Assembly (NCBI GenBank): GCA_040751795.1
Contig: JBFMHR010000001.1
Coordinates: 128,001 to 192,000, forward strand
Length of the DNA: 64,000 nt
Reading direction: 5' to 3'
Origin: Thermoplasmatota archaeon
GTDB taxonomy: Archaea; Thermoplasmatota; Thermoplasmata; UBA10834
The translations under genes and the position numbers were made by a program. Under the pieces are notes generated by a model. That model was given only the letters and a program-made list of their open reading frames with translations. It searched no databases and was not told the DNA's origin. Positions 20,001 through 29,730 of this stretch are shown one piece after another; the first letter of the stretch is position 1; every line of letters begins with the position of its first letter.

Positions 20001-21550
20001 CGGCCGAGAGGTGCGTCTCCGACGGCATCGCGGCCTTCGACGAGAAGCGCTACCAGGACTCGCTGAGGCTCGCCATGCAGTGCGACGCCGAGATGGAGCG
20101 CGCCGAGCTCCAGAGGGACGTGGGGTCGAAGGCCGTCGAGATGGCCAAACTGAAGTACGAGGAGGCCCTCCAGGAGGGCATCGCCAGCGACGAGGTCAGG
20201 GCACTGGTCCGCGAGGCCGAGGAGATGCTCGCGCGCGGGAGGTACGTCGACGCCCTGACCAAGGCCCTCGAGAGCGGGGACAGGCTCCACCAGGTCAGGG
20301 AGAGCATCGACAGCTCCCGCATAGAGCTCAGCTCGGTGAGGGAGCAGGTCGAACGCCTGCGCAAGGTCGGCATCGACACGGCGAGGTGCGACGAGATAGC
20401 CGACATGGCCCAGGAGTACATAGCCAAGCACGACTTCGCCAAGGCCAAGGACGCCCTGCGGAGGTGCTCCGAGGAGGCGGTCGTGCTCTTCGAGAGCTCC
20501 ATCAACGACGTCATGGCCCAGAACAGGGACCTCATATCCCGCGCCAGGTCCATGGGCCTCCCGACAAAGCAGTGCGAGGACCTCATGGAGGTCGCGAAGA
20601 CATCCTTCTCCGAGAAGCTCTGGGACTTCGCGTTCCAGCAGGGCCAGGCGTGCCGCAGGATGTGCATCGACGTCATCTCCAGGAAGATAGACAGCCTCGC
20701 CGCCGACGCCCGCGACAGGCTCGTGCCCCTCCGGGAGTCCGGGGCCTCCGTCAGGCCCGTGGAGGACCTGATCGACGAGGCGACCGGGGCGATCGGGAGG
20801 GGCGACGCGTCCGAGGCGTTCCAGATACTCATGGAGGCCGACCAGCGCATCCTGGGGATCGAGGACTCCCACAGGAAGTTCATCGACATATCCATAGCCG
20901 CCGAGAGCGCCGTCGAGGTGCTCAAGCGCATCGGGGTCTCCACGGCGGAGGCCGAGAGGCTCCTGGCCCTCGCCGACGTGGAGAGGGAGAGGGACTACGA
21001 CTCGGCGATAGAGTTCGTGGCCGAGGCGCTGGACTCCGCCAAGTCGACCATAGAGTCGTACGCGCCGGAGATTACCGGGGGGGTCAGCGCGGCGGGGCTC
21101 CAGGAGGGCTCGGAGGGCGAGCTCGCCATCACGCTCAGGAACTCCGGGAACGTCATGGCCAAGGAGATCTCCGTGGAGCTCTCAGGGCAGTTCCAGGTGG
21201 TCGAGGTCCCGCCCGTCGCCAGCCTCAGGGCCGGCGCGGAGACCGTCGTCAGGGCCCGCATCGTGCCCGACGCGACCGGGACGATACCCGTCAGGGTGAA
21301 CATCGCGTGCAGGAGGCACTTCGACGGGGCGCCGCAGAGCTTCGAGTTCGACGGCGAGGTCAGCGCCTTCAAGTCGGGGCCCCCCTTCAAGGTCGGGAGG
21401 GCAAACGCGTCCACCAAGTGCTCCAGCTGCCAGGGCAGGATCAAGCAGGGCTTCGACATTGTGACATGCAGGTGCGGGGGCGTCCAGCACCTGGCCTGCG
21501 CGAAGAGGACCAGCTCCTGCCCCGTGTGCGGGCAGAAGTACACGTTCTAG
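17039..21550 (+). CDS. Giant helical-repeat protein (1503 aa) with C-terminal Ig/CARDB-like domain and C4HC3 zinc finger
   Basis: Recurring ~50-aa unit like AKxxGxDxSxxxxLLxxAxxAxxxxxY; ITLRNSGNVMA beta domain; terminal Cys/His cluster. Confidence 0.88.
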   Translation: MAGNYLKSLQLAKQLEERAKEATRNKERAEREHASLQEFLEVCRENDTDVSEAEHTLGEFNAAMNSKDYQSALGHAKKASEEAKTAFVKRIGEVADSAEGLLNLAQIPAAEAKGALELLEKSKEQVLRDDHVAAMKSAKSAYDAAERALHEHISGLLSQAQEVLIQAKEMGDDVSLFEELLKKGKGALDKQEYEMGLMHVREALDGAGENIKAQVNAAIADAEELVAAGEELKADMAKVKSHVERSKSALDALRFKEALAYAKRAEAEGENSISSRLQDTSREVREGIRRLKSVGEDVDLPQDLLEQGQTALKGKNYIEALHAINLAAEKVRGMQFKSVLDVIAQAKDKFVLAKKVGVDMSKTIMLLNTARDHYRLGRFEEAMRYAEEGRKEIDSVLGVFYTARDQLVELAKAIKFAEDLGADASPVKRMLADAKKAFESKEYERTAEVAKQGLGEARKVAYDKTMDTIDVTDRAFKLGKSLGADMAETEGLMQRALASLSKEDMPECVKLARAGLDAANASLTRLLSDRLHNLDQFVQGFSGEEDLTEVTRDIAEARLRLSEQAFDRASELLKQAQLKIEKAGEEESDRLMALASAKIERLKSMEGDVSDLDILMNRVRQAMDQKVYEDATARAKEIIEGADEMMLKLVQAEFSAIKDAVEEAKAVGIETESAKAKVREARVSFENKDFGAAHSVLSSARSALRDKVARFDSVKEGFRKAEELISEAQMSRADVSKQAKALEEAKEVFRGGDFEAAERMLDELTDEAEKKLAMYLAAKFILTSKESIELAESNRIDVTEAEGLLAQAKELMKSKEYEEALEVAKRCADSATEGIGKAAQGMVKDLQRLITDAKNVGIDTSSSEVLADKALSLVGEGNYPEALRCIDSAKNDIDQIKNLSSQAAVEIKSARSNLKDAETLDMDVGAARDLLDQAVEALTRHQYAIALELARKSSETSSEVTRNTIWGTLEKFKTRVEDAVQAGRSVGAAERCVSDGIAAFDEKRYQDSLRLAMQCDAEMERAELQRDVGSKAVEMAKLKYEEALQEGIASDEVRALVREAEEMLARGRYVDALTKALESGDRLHQVRESIDSSRIELSSVREQVERLRKVGIDTARCDEIADMAQEYIAKHDFAKAKDALRRCSEEAVVLFESSINDVMAQNRDLISRARSMGLPTKQCEDLMEVAKTSFSEKLWDFAFQQGQACRRMCIDVISRKIDSLAADARDRLVPLRESGASVRPVEDLIDEATGAIGRGDASEAFQILMEADQRILGIEDSHRKFIDISIAAESAVEVLKRIGVSTAEAERLLALADVERERDYDSAIEFVAEALDSAKSTIESYAPEITGGVSAAGLQEGSEGELAITLRNSGNVMAKEISVELSGQFQVVEVPPVASLRAGAETVVRARIVPDATGTIPVRVNIACRRHFDGAPQSFEFDGEVSAFKSGPPFKVGRANASTKCSSCQGRIKQGFDIVTCRCGGVQHLACAKRTSSCPVCGQKYTF

Positions 21551-22908
21551 TCCGAGCCGCCGATCCTCGCGCTCGATATCCTCATGTGCGGGGACGTCAC
21601 CCCGAAGTAGTTCCGCTGGGAGCGCCCCAGCATGTCCACGCGCGACATCATGTCCACGAGGCCGATCCCTATGGTCGTCTGCTTCAGCGCCGGCCCGAGC
21701 TCCCCATCCCTTATGACGTAGCTCTCCATCATCAGCGCCGAGAGCTCCCCGGTGGCGAGGTTGGGGTAGTCCCACGTGCCCCTGAGGTACACGCCGGACC
21801 TGGTCTCGGCGACCATCTCGCCGAAGTCGGAGTCGCCCTTCCCCACGACCAGGTTCGAGGTCGATATGGAGGGGGCGTGCCTGAAGCTCCACGACCCCGA
21901 GCCCCTGGAGGAGTTGCCGGTGCTGGCCCTTGACTCCTTGCCGGAGGTGTACGAGTCGTGCAGGTACGAGACCAGCCTGCCCCCCTCGATGACGGAGAGA
22001 GGGGCGGCGGGGACCCCCTCCCCGTCGAAGGAGGTGCTGCCCGTGCCCCAGGGGACGGTCGGGTCGTCCACCATGGACACCGCCGGGGCCGCGACCGCCT
22101 GGCCCAGCTTCCCCGCCAGGTAGCTCCTGCCCCGCTGGACGTTCTCGGCGTTCGCGCCCGCGGACACCGCGGTGGAGAGTATGAACCCCATCGCCAGCGG
22201 GTCGATTATGACGGGGTAGTCGCCGGTCTCGATCTTCGTCTGGGAGAGGCCCTTGACGGCCTGCTCCCGCGCCCTGAGCCCGAGGCGGGCCACCTGCTCC
22301 GGCTCCAACTTCCGGCTGGAGAGGCCGTCGTAGCCGGAGAACATGGCCTCGCCGTCCCGGGCGACAGCCTCGACCACCATGTCCATCGAGGTGAGCCTCT
22401 GGCTCCCCGTGAAGCCGTTGCTGTTGGAGAGGGCCAGGTGGCACACCGCCACCCCCGCGCTGGCATTGGCCGAGGTGATCCTCCTGTCGTCCGAGGCGAC
22501 GTCCGCCATGTCGATGACCATCCTCACGACCTCGTCGGGGCCCATCTCGGCCAGGCGCCTCTCGTAGAGGCCCGCGACCGCCCTGGGCCGCGCAGCGTGA
22601 GGCAGGTTGCGGAAGGCCGGGTCGGGAGTGCCCGCGCGCGAGAGGGAGACGGCCAGCTCTGCAGCCGATGCGACCGCCTTCTCGTCGAAGCCCGTGCAGA
22701 ACGCGAAGCCGGCGGAGCCCTTGATGAACGCCCTGATCCCGACGCCCGGGTCAGACACCGTGTTGGCCTGCTTGACCGACCCCTTCTCCAGGTCCACCGA
22801 TATCGCCTGCGTCTCCGCGGCGAGGACATCGCACTTCTCCGCGCCCATCCTGAGGGCGGCGGCGACGGCCTTCTCGGCCATGTTGGCGAGCTCGGACTCG
22901 CCCGCCAT
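21547..22908 (-). CDS. pmbA: TldE/PmbA family protein
   Basis: GVGIRAF, DDPT, FDGEGVP, STGNS; no HExxxH. Confidence 0.9.
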   Translation of the reverse strand: MAGESELANMAEKAVAAALRMGAEKCDVLAAETQAISVDLEKGSVKQANTVSDPGVGIRAFIKGSAGFAFCTGFDEKAVASAAELAVSLSRAGTPDPAFRNLPHAARPRAVAGLYERRLAEMGPDEVVRMVIDMADVASDDRRITSANASAGVAVCHLALSNSNGFTGSQRLTSMDMVVEAVARDGEAMFSGYDGLSSRKLEPEQVARLGLRAREQAVKGLSQTKIETGDYPVIIDPLAMGFILSTAVSAGANAENVQRGRSYLAGKLGQAVAAPAVSMVDDPTVPWGTGSTSFDGEGVPAAPLSVIEGGRLVSYLHDSYTSGKESRASTGNSSRGSGSWSFRHAPSISTSNLVVGKGDSDFGEMVAETRSGVYLRGTWDYPNLATGELSALMMESYVIRDGELGPALKQTTIGIGLVDMMSRVDMLGRSQRNYFGVTSPHMRISSARIGGSD

Positions 22909-24303
22909 TCAGGCCAGCCCCCCGACCACGACGTCCGCGACCCTCATGTGGGGGCCGCCGTCGGTCGTCCTCGCGTCCTGGTAGTTCTTCCCGCAGTAGC
23001 CGGGGTCGCCGAGGAGGAAGTCGTCCGCGACCCCCGTCACGCTGTTGAGCACCTCGAGTATGACCCCGGAGAGCGACGCGTCCCTGTACCTCTGCCCGAG
23101 CTCGCCCCGCCTGATCTCGTACGCCTCGTCGCACTTGAACATGAACTGCCCCTTAGACGGCTCCACGTAGCCGTACTGGCTCCCCTGGAAGAGGAGGCCC
23201 TCCCTGGTGTCCTCGATCAGCTCGTCCTTCCCCCAGTCGCCTGCCGCTATGAACGTGTTGCTCATCCGGATGAGGGGCGGGCTGCCGTAGGTGTGCGCGC
23301 GCGAAGCCCCGTTGGGCTCGAGGCCCATCCTGCTGCTCGACTCGAGGCTGTGCAGGTACTCGCCGAGGACGCCCCCGTCTATCAGGACGTGCCTCCTGGC
23401 GCGCACGCCCTCCCAGTCGTGCACGAAATGGCCGAAGGTGGACTCGATCGTGGGGTCGTCGACGAGCGTGACCTCCGGGACCGCCACCCTCTGCCCGATG
23501 CGCCCCTCGAGGACCGAGCCGCCCGCGAGTATAGCGTCCGCCTCGCACGCGTGGCCCATCGCCTCGTGCGCGAGGAGGCCCGTCATCCTGTTGTCGAGGA
23601 TGCAGACGGACTTGCCGGCAGGGGCCGGCTTGGAGTCGAGCAGGCGGAGCGCCTGCGCCGCGGCTCTGCCGCCGATGGACGTCGCCTCGTCCCTGCGCAT
23701 GAGTTCGTACCCGCCCACGGAGCCCACCGACGCGTGGCCCCTCTGGACCACGCCTTCGGACTTCGCCCATGCGGAGCACGCGGCCATGGTCCATGTCTCG
23801 CTCGTCCGCACGAGCGTGCCGAAGGAGTTCGCGACCACCCGCTCCCCCTCGAAGTCGTCGTACCTCGCGTTGGTGCTCACGATCCTGGGGTCTGCCGACC
23901 TCATGGACCTGTCAATGGAGGACGCGAAGGCCACCTTCTCCTCGGTGCTGACGTCGGAGGGCCTCTCGGCGCACCTGTAGGCGTCCACCGCCCTCTCGGG
24001 CTTCACCTCGGCCATCCTGAACTTGACCTTGGCCCGGTCCTGGGCCACCTTCGCCATCTTCACCGCGGACTCGGCCGCCGAGGCGAGGGCCTGCAGGGAT
24101 ATGTCGTTCGTGACGGCGAAGCCCCATGCCCCGCCGATGAAAGCCCTGATGCCGCAGCCCGAGGGCAGGGCGGCCGAGACCGTCTTGGTCCTGCCGTCCA
24201 TGACGACGATGTTGGTCCCCCTGTACGACTCCAGTCTGAGGTCTGCGAACTCGGCCCCCTGGCCCACCGCGTGCTCTATGGTCTTCGATGCGAGCTCCTC
24301 CAA
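22909..24303 (-). CDS. tldD: TldD family metalloprotease
   Basis: HEAMGHACEAD, DWEGV, RMSNTFI, GYCGK, GGPH. Confidence 0.92.
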   Translation of the reverse strand: MEELASKTIEHAVGQGAEFADLRLESYRGTNIVVMDGRTKTVSAALPSGCGIRAFIGGAWGFAVTNDISLQALASAAESAVKMAKVAQDRAKVKFRMAEVKPERAVDAYRCAERPSDVSTEEKVAFASSIDRSMRSADPRIVSTNARYDDFEGERVVANSFGTLVRTSETWTMAACSAWAKSEGVVQRGHASVGSVGGYELMRRDEATSIGGRAAAQALRLLDSKPAPAGKSVCILDNRMTGLLAHEAMGHACEADAILAGGSVLEGRIGQRVAVPEVTLVDDPTIESTFGHFVHDWEGVRARRHVLIDGGVLGEYLHSLESSSRMGLEPNGASRAHTYGSPPLIRMSNTFIAAGDWGKDELIEDTREGLLFQGSQYGYVEPSKGQFMFKCDEAYEIRRGELGQRYRDASLSGVILEVLNSVTGVADDFLLGDPGYCGKNYQDARTTDGGPHMRVADVVVGGLA

Positions 24304-24361
24304 AGGAACGCCCCCTGAGCGGGGGACGGTAACGCATACGCGATGTTGAACCTATCGAACC

Positions 24362-25915
24362 TCATGTCCTCTGGAAGCCGCACGTGTTCTCCGCGGTCTC
24401 GGCGAGCGCGCCCGAGCGTATCAGCGAGGCGAGGGCGTCTATGTCCTTCGCCATCGAGCGGTCCCTGTCGAGGCGCTTGACCTTCGACCGGATGGCCGCC
24501 CGGACCTCCTCGATCCCCGCGCTCGAAGACGCAGATATGAAGTCGAGCGCCTGGGCCGACGCCATCATCTCGATCGCCACCACCTTCGTGACGTTCTCTA
24601 TGACCTGCCGGGCCTTCCACGCGCCTATGGTCCCCATGCTGTTGTGGTCCTCCTGGTTGGCGCTGGTGGGTATGGATGTCGCGGACGCGGGGTGCACTAG
24701 GACCATGTCCTCGGCCACGAGGGACGCCGCGACGTACTGCGGCACCATCATCCCCGAGCTGAGCCCTCCGTGCTTCGTCAGGAAGGCGGGGAGCCCGCTC
24801 AGCTTGTGGTCGACCATCCTGGCCGTGCGCCTCTCCGAGAAGCTCCCCAGCTCGTGGACCCCGAGGGCCAGGAAGTCCATGGCCAGCGCGACCGGCTGGC
24901 CGTGGAAGTTGCCCGCCGAGACCACGGACGAGTCCTCGGGGAAGAAGAGGGGGTTGTCGGTCGCGGAGTTCATCTCAACCCCCACGACGTCCTCCGCGTA
25001 CCATATCGCGCCGAGGCTCGCGCCTATCACCTGGGGTATGCACCTGAGCGTGTAGGCGTCCTGGACCTTGGAGCAGTGCTTGTGCGATGCGAGGATCTCG
25101 CTGCCGGAGAGGAGGGACATCATGTTGCCCGCGACCCTCGCCTGGCCGGAGTGCGCCCTGACCTTGGACACGCGCGGGTCGAAGGCCGCGTTGGTCCCCC
25201 TCAGGGCCTCCAGGGACATCGCCGCGGCGATCTGGGCGTTGTCCGCGAGGTTGGCCGCGTCCCTGACGGCGAGGACGCCCAGGGCCGTCATCGCCTGGGT
25301 GCCGTTGATGATCGATATGGCCTCCTTGGGCTCGAGGGTGAGCGGCTCCAGCCCCTTCCTCTTGAGCGCGTCGCCGCCGGGCTCCGCGCCGGAGCCCGCG
25401 TCGGCCTCCCCCTCCCCCACCATGGCGAGGCCGAGGTGGGCGAGCATCGCGAGGTCGCCGCTGGACCCGACGGAGCCCTGCCGCGGGATGACCGGGTGGA
25501 CCCCCGCGTTGAGCATGGCCAGGAGCGCCTCAGCCACCTCCGGCCTCACGCCCGAGAAGCCCTTGGCGAGGGCGTTGGCGCGGAGGAGCATCATGGCCCT
25601 CACGACCTCCTCCGGGTAAGGTTCCCCCACGCCGCACGCGTGGCTCCTCAGCAGGTTGAGCTGGAGCGCCCTCAGGTCCTTCTTGGGTATGCGCGAGGTC
25701 ACGAGGTCCCCCACGCCCGTGTTGACCGCGTATATGGTCGCACCCTTCTCCACGAGCCTGTCGAGGGACGCCCTGGACGACGCCATCCTGCCCCTCGCCT
25801 CCTCGGCGAGGGAGACGCCGGCCGACTCCCTGGCGACCCTTATGACCCGCTCGACCGTGAGGCTGCTGCCGTCGACGACGACCGACGGCCTCCTCCGCGA
25901 CCCCTGCTCCGACAT
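24362..25915 (-). CDS. hutH: Histidine ammonia-lyase
   Basis: YAVNTGVG, LQLNLLRSHACG, GSVGSSGDL, QDAYTLRC, GNFHGQP, NQEDHNSMG. Confidence 0.92.
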   Translation of the reverse strand: MSEQGSRRRPSVVVDGSSLTVERVIRVARESAGVSLAEEARGRMASSRASLDRLVEKGATIYAVNTGVGDLVTSRIPKKDLRALQLNLLRSHACGVGEPYPEEVVRAMMLLRANALAKGFSGVRPEVAEALLAMLNAGVHPVIPRQGSVGSSGDLAMLAHLGLAMVGEGEADAGSGAEPGGDALKRKGLEPLTLEPKEAISIINGTQAMTALGVLAVRDAANLADNAQIAAAMSLEALRGTNAAFDPRVSKVRAHSGQARVAGNMMSLLSGSEILASHKHCSKVQDAYTLRCIPQVIGASLGAIWYAEDVVGVEMNSATDNPLFFPEDSSVVSAGNFHGQPVALAMDFLALGVHELGSFSERRTARMVDHKLSGLPAFLTKHGGLSSGMMVPQYVAASLVAEDMVLVHPASATSIPTSANQEDHNSMGTIGAWKARQVIENVTKVVAIEMMASAQALDFISASSSAGIEEVRAAIRSKVKRLDRDRSMAKDIDALASLIRSGALAETAENTCGFQRT

Positions 25916-25977
25916 CCTGAATACCTTCCAGTGGACGGTGCGCTAATCGGCCTAGCCGTACCTTAAACTAGCGGAGC

Positions 25978-26388
25978 CTACTTCTCCTTCACCGGGACGA
26001 ACTTGTAGCCGTAGTGTATGACCCCGGCCGAGCCCTCCTCGCTGAGCCTGCGGAGGACGGCCCTCACCCTGGTCCCTATCTGGAGGTCGCACGGGTCGCA
26101 GTCTATGACCTGGCCCGTCACCTTGGGCCCCTCGTCGAGCTCGACCATGGCCACCATGTAGGGCCGGAGGGAGGACTTCTCGTCGAGGCCCTCGTGGACC
26201 TCGGTGAACGAGTACACCTTGCCCTCGCCCTTGTACTTGACGGGGACCATCTTGCCGACGCTCTTCCTGTGGCACACGGGGCATATGGCCCTCGGGGGGA
26301 AGAAGTTCCTCCCGCAGCTGTCGCACCTTATGCCCACCATGTTGTACCTGCTGGGGTTCTGCCTCCAGAACCTCGGTGCCGTCGCCAT
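25978..26388 (-). CDS. DUF35 Zn-ribbon/OB-fold scaffold of the thiolase-HMGCS complex
   Basis: CDSCG..FFPPRAICPVC, GKVYSFT, IHYGYKF. Confidence 0.92.
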   Translation of the reverse strand: MATAPRFWRQNPSRYNMVGIRCDSCGRNFFPPRAICPVCHRKSVGKMVPVKYKGEGKVYSFTEVHEGLDEKSSLRPYMVAMVELDEGPKVTGQVIDCDPCDLQIGTRVRAVLRRLSEEGSAGVIHYGYKFVPVKEK

Positions 26389-26389
26389 G

Positions 26390-27562
26390 TCAGACCCTCC
26401 TGAAGACGTGCACGACCGCCGTCGCGCCCGTGCCGCCCACGTTGTGGGTGAGCCCCACGGACGCGTCCTTGACCTGCCTCTTGCCGGCCCTGCCCCTGAG
26501 CTGGGTCACAATCTCCACGGCCTGCGCGAGCCCCGTCGCGCCGATGGGGTCGCCCCTGGCCTTGAGGCCTCCCGAGGTGTTGACCGCGACGTCGCCCGAG
26601 AGCGACGTCCTGCCCTCCTCGGTCGCCTTCCCGCCCTCCCCCTTCTTGAAGAAGCCGAGGTCCTCTATGGCGAGTATCTCGCTGATGGTGAAGTTGTCGT
26701 GCACCTCCGCGACGTCGACGTCCTTGTGCGTCACGCCCCCCATCTTGAAGGCCCTCTCCGCCGCCACCCTGGTGGCATCGAAGCTCATGACGTCCCGGCG
26801 GTGGTGCAGCGCCAGGGTGTCGCTCGCCTGGCCCGAGCCGACGATCTCCACCGGCACCTCGACGTGCTTCTTCGCCTGGTCGAGGGGGCACAGGACCACC
26901 GCCGCCGCCCCGTCAGAGCTCGGGGCGCAGTCGAATACCCTCAGCGGCGAGGATACGAGGGGGGAGCCCGTGACCGTCTCCCTGGTGATCTCCCTCTGGA
27001 ACTGCGCCTTCGGGTTCATGGAGCCGTGCCTGTGGTTCTTGACGGCGACGTCGGCCAGCTGCTCCCTCGTGGTGCCGTGCTCGTGCATGTGCCTCCTCGC
27101 TATGAGCGCGTGGAGGCTCGGGAAGGTCGCCCCCAGCTCCGTCTCCCACTCCTGGTCCGCGGCGGAGGACTGTATGAACGCAGAGGCGACGTCGCTGACG
27201 TCCATCATCTTCTCCGCGCCCCCCACCACGACTATGTCGTGGAGGCCGGAGGCGACCGCCATGAAGCCCTGCCTCAGGGCGAGCCCGCCCGAGGCCCCCG
27301 CGGCCTCCACCCTCGTGGCGGGGATGTGGTCCCTCGCGAGGCCGGAGTAGTCCGCTATCAGCGCGCCAATGTGCTCCTGCTCGATGAACCTGCCAGCGGA
27401 CATGTTGCCGACGAATATGGCGTCGATCTTGTCCGCGCTGATGTTGGCGTCCTCCACCGCCGAGAGGCCCGCCCTTATCCCTATGTCCCTGAACGAGGCG
27501 TCCCAGAGCTCTCCGAACTTGGTGTCCCCGACGCCTATGACCGCGACCTTCCTCACGCTCAT
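26390..27562 (-). CDS. Archaeal acetoacetyl-CoA thiolase-family protein with substituted catalytic residues
   Basis: [44 protein letters not shown]; ATG 27562 overlaps the HMGCS stop. Confidence 0.9.
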   Translation of the reverse strand: MSVRKVAVIGVGDTKFGELWDASFRDIGIRAGLSAVEDANISADKIDAIFVGNMSAGRFIEQEHIGALIADYSGLARDHIPATRVEAAGASGGLALRQGFMAVASGLHDIVVVGGAEKMMDVSDVASAFIQSSAADQEWETELGATFPSLHALIARRHMHEHGTTREQLADVAVKNHRHGSMNPKAQFQREITRETVTGSPLVSSPLRVFDCAPSSDGAAAVVLCPLDQAKKHVEVPVEIVGSGQASDTLALHHRRDVMSFDATRVAAERAFKMGGVTHKDVDVAEVHDNFTISEILAIEDLGFFKKGEGGKATEEGRTSLSGDVAVNTSGGLKARGDPIGATGLAQAVEIVTQLRGRAGKRQVKDASVGLTHNVGGTGATAVVHVFRRV

Positions 27563-28611
27563 CCCCTCCCCAGGGTGATCTTGCCCCTGAACTTCGCATA
27601 GTTGGCGTAGTCGAGGAACTTCGGGTTCGCTATGATCTGCTTGACCGTCGGCGCCCTGTCCCTCGCGTAGCGCTTGATCTCGTCCTTCACCGTGATGTCG
27701 AAGGCGTCGGAGCCGGCCCCGGAGCCGTAGGCGACGGCGAAGACCCTGTCGCCGGGCTTGGCCTCGTCCAGGATGGCCGCCAGGCCGAGGGGCACCGCGC
27801 CGGAGTAGGTGTTGCCTATCTGGGGGACTATGAGCCCCGCCTTGATCTGATCGTCCGAGAAGCCGAGCTGCTTGGCCACCCTGGTGGGGAACTTGCCGTT
27901 GGGCTGGTGGAACACCGCGTGGGTGTAGTCCTTGGGAGTTGTGCCGGCCTTGGCCAGCATCCCCTTGGCGCAGCTCATTATGTGCTTGAAGTAGGCCGGC
28001 TCGCCCGTGAACCTCCCGCCGTGGCTGGGGTACATCTGCCCCTCCCGCCTCCAGAAGTCCGGGGTGTCGGTCGTGTAGGAGTAGGTCCTGTCGATCCTGG
28101 CTATGACCTTCTCCGAGCCGATGAGGAACGCCGCCCCGCCCGCGGAGGCGGAGTACTCGAGGGGGTCGCCCGGCGCCCCCTGGGAGGTGTCCGCCCCGAT
28201 GGCGACGCCGTACTTGATGTGCCCCGAGCCGACCAGGCCCATGCACATCTGGATGCCGGCGGTGCCCGCCTTGCAGGCGAACTCCAGGTCCGCGACGGTC
28301 AGGTGCGGGGACGCCTCGATCGCCTCGGCGACTATCGTGCCGGAGGGCTTCACCGCGTACGGGTGCGACTCCGACCCGACGTAAATGGCGCCTATGTCCT
28401 GGGGGTCCATGTCCACCCTCCTGAGCATGCTCCGGGCCGCCTCGACCGCTATCGTTATGGTGTCCTCGTCGGGACCAGGCACGGACTTGCTCGATATCAT
28501 CAGTCCCTTTCCCATCGCCTTGCCGTCCACGCCCCACACCTTGCCTATCTCCTCAGGGCTGATCCTGTAGCGGGGGACGTAGGCTCCGTAGCTCACGATT
28601 CCCGTCTCCAT
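27559..28611 (-). CDS. Hydroxymethylglutaryl-CoA synthase (archaeal)
   Basis: [41 protein letters not shown]. Confidence 0.95.
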   Translation of the reverse strand: METGIVSYGAYVPRYRISPEEIGKVWGVDGKAMGKGLMISSKSVPGPDEDTITIAVEAARSMLRRVDMDPQDIGAIYVGSESHPYAVKPSGTIVAEAIEASPHLTVADLEFACKAGTAGIQMCMGLVGSGHIKYGVAIGADTSQGAPGDPLEYSASAGGAAFLIGSEKVIARIDRTYSYTTDTPDFWRREGQMYPSHGGRFTGEPAYFKHIMSCAKGMLAKAGTTPKDYTHAVFHQPNGKFPTRVAKQLGFSDDQIKAGLIVPQIGNTYSGAVPLGLAAILDEAKPGDRVFAVAYGSGAGSDAFDITVKDEIKRYARDRAPTVKQIIANPKFLDYANYAKFRGKITLGRG

Positions 28612-28626
28612 CTTATCCTTCCCCTC

Positions 28627-29310
28627 TCATCCCAGGGAGTTGAGTATCTCGACCAGTTCGCCCGCCGCGAGCTCCGTCCTCACGAGGGGGAGCCCCTCGA
28701 GCTCCGCGAGCCTCACGGCCAGCTCGTCCACCTGCTCCGGCTTCTGGTAGACGACCAGCGCGGGCTTCAGGGGGTGCGCCCTGATCGCGATCATGGGGGA
28801 GCGGCCGAACTTCACGCCCGTGAAGACGAGCGCCCTCTGGCTGCTCCACCCGTATATCTTGAGGTAGTCGAACGAGCTCAGGGTGGTTATTGCCCTGATG
28901 CTGTCTATGACGGTGTAGCCGTGGATGTGCTTGTCCAGGGAGATGGCGGGCGTCAGGTTCTCCCCGGAGATCCTGTCCACGAGCTCGTCCGCGAGGACCT
29001 CGTGGGCGAACTCCTTGATGGATATGATCGACTCCGTCTTCGCGGCGAGGGAGTACTGCTTGAGGACGCCCCCTCCCGTCCTCTCGTCTATGTCCAGGAA
29101 GGCGTCGACGATCTTCCTGATGGTGACTATGCCCGGGGACTTCCTCCGGCCGGCCTCGTAGTCGCTTATGACCGACGGCGATACGCCCAGGTGCTTAGAC
29201 AGCTCCTGCTGGGATATGTTGAACTGCTCCCGCCACTTGCGTATGGTCTTGCCCGGTTCCTCGGAAAGGCAGATCTCTCCCGCGACCTTCTCCCTGACCT
29301 GGTCCCGCAT
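28627..29310 (-). CDS. XRE-type HTH transcriptional regulator (COG1709-like)
   Basis: SQQELSKHLGVSPSVISDYEAGRRKSPG; GRSPMIAIR; known neighbour of archaeal HMGCS. Confidence 0.88.
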   Translation of the reverse strand: MRDQVREKVAGEICLSEEPGKTIRKWREQFNISQQELSKHLGVSPSVISDYEAGRRKSPGIVTIRKIVDAFLDIDERTGGGVLKQYSLAAKTESIISIKEFAHEVLADELVDRISGENLTPAISLDKHIHGYTVIDSIRAITTLSSFDYLKIYGWSSQRALVFTGVKFGRSPMIAIRAHPLKPALVVYQKPEQVDELAVRLAELEGLPLVRTELAAGELVEILNSLG

Positions 29311-29525
29311 GGCTGGTGGAGAAGCCTGTCGCTACTTATAGTTTGCCGTATGTGGTTAACGGCAATAGACGAACTGCGGGATGCTGGTGCATCCCGTGGG
29401 ACTCCCGGACGCCGCGCGGGCCCGCGCCGGCGCCCCGGCACGGGCGCGGCCGCGCGCGGACTGGTGCTCCGCGCCCTGAATCACAATTATATAAGACACC
29501 TCGGCTTATCCCTGAGCGCCGCCAC

Positions 29526-29602
29526 GGGGTAGTGGTCTAGCTTGGTATGATCCGTGGTTCGGGACCACGTGACCGTCGGTTCAAATCCGACCTACCCCAC
29601 CA
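29526..29602 (+). tRNA. tRNA-Pro(CGG), CCA encoded
   Basis: Acceptor GGGGTAG/CTACCCC+ACCA; anticodon arm CGTGG-TTCGGGA-CCACG; T arm GGTTCAAATCC; upstream TTATATAA. Confidence 0.95.
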
Positions 29603-29730
29603 CGGCCCACACTCCTCCGCGATGGCTCCCGCCGCCGCAGACGTGAGAAAAGCGCGATGCTCCCCCGGGCCCGGCCATCGGCCGGGTGGGGGAGCTGCGG
29701 CGGCGCCCCGTGGCGCTGCCGCACTCGATG

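Noticed and set aside
17039-21550. SMC/Rad50 assignment for the giant helical protein
   Set aside because: No Walker A/B, ABC signature or hinge motif
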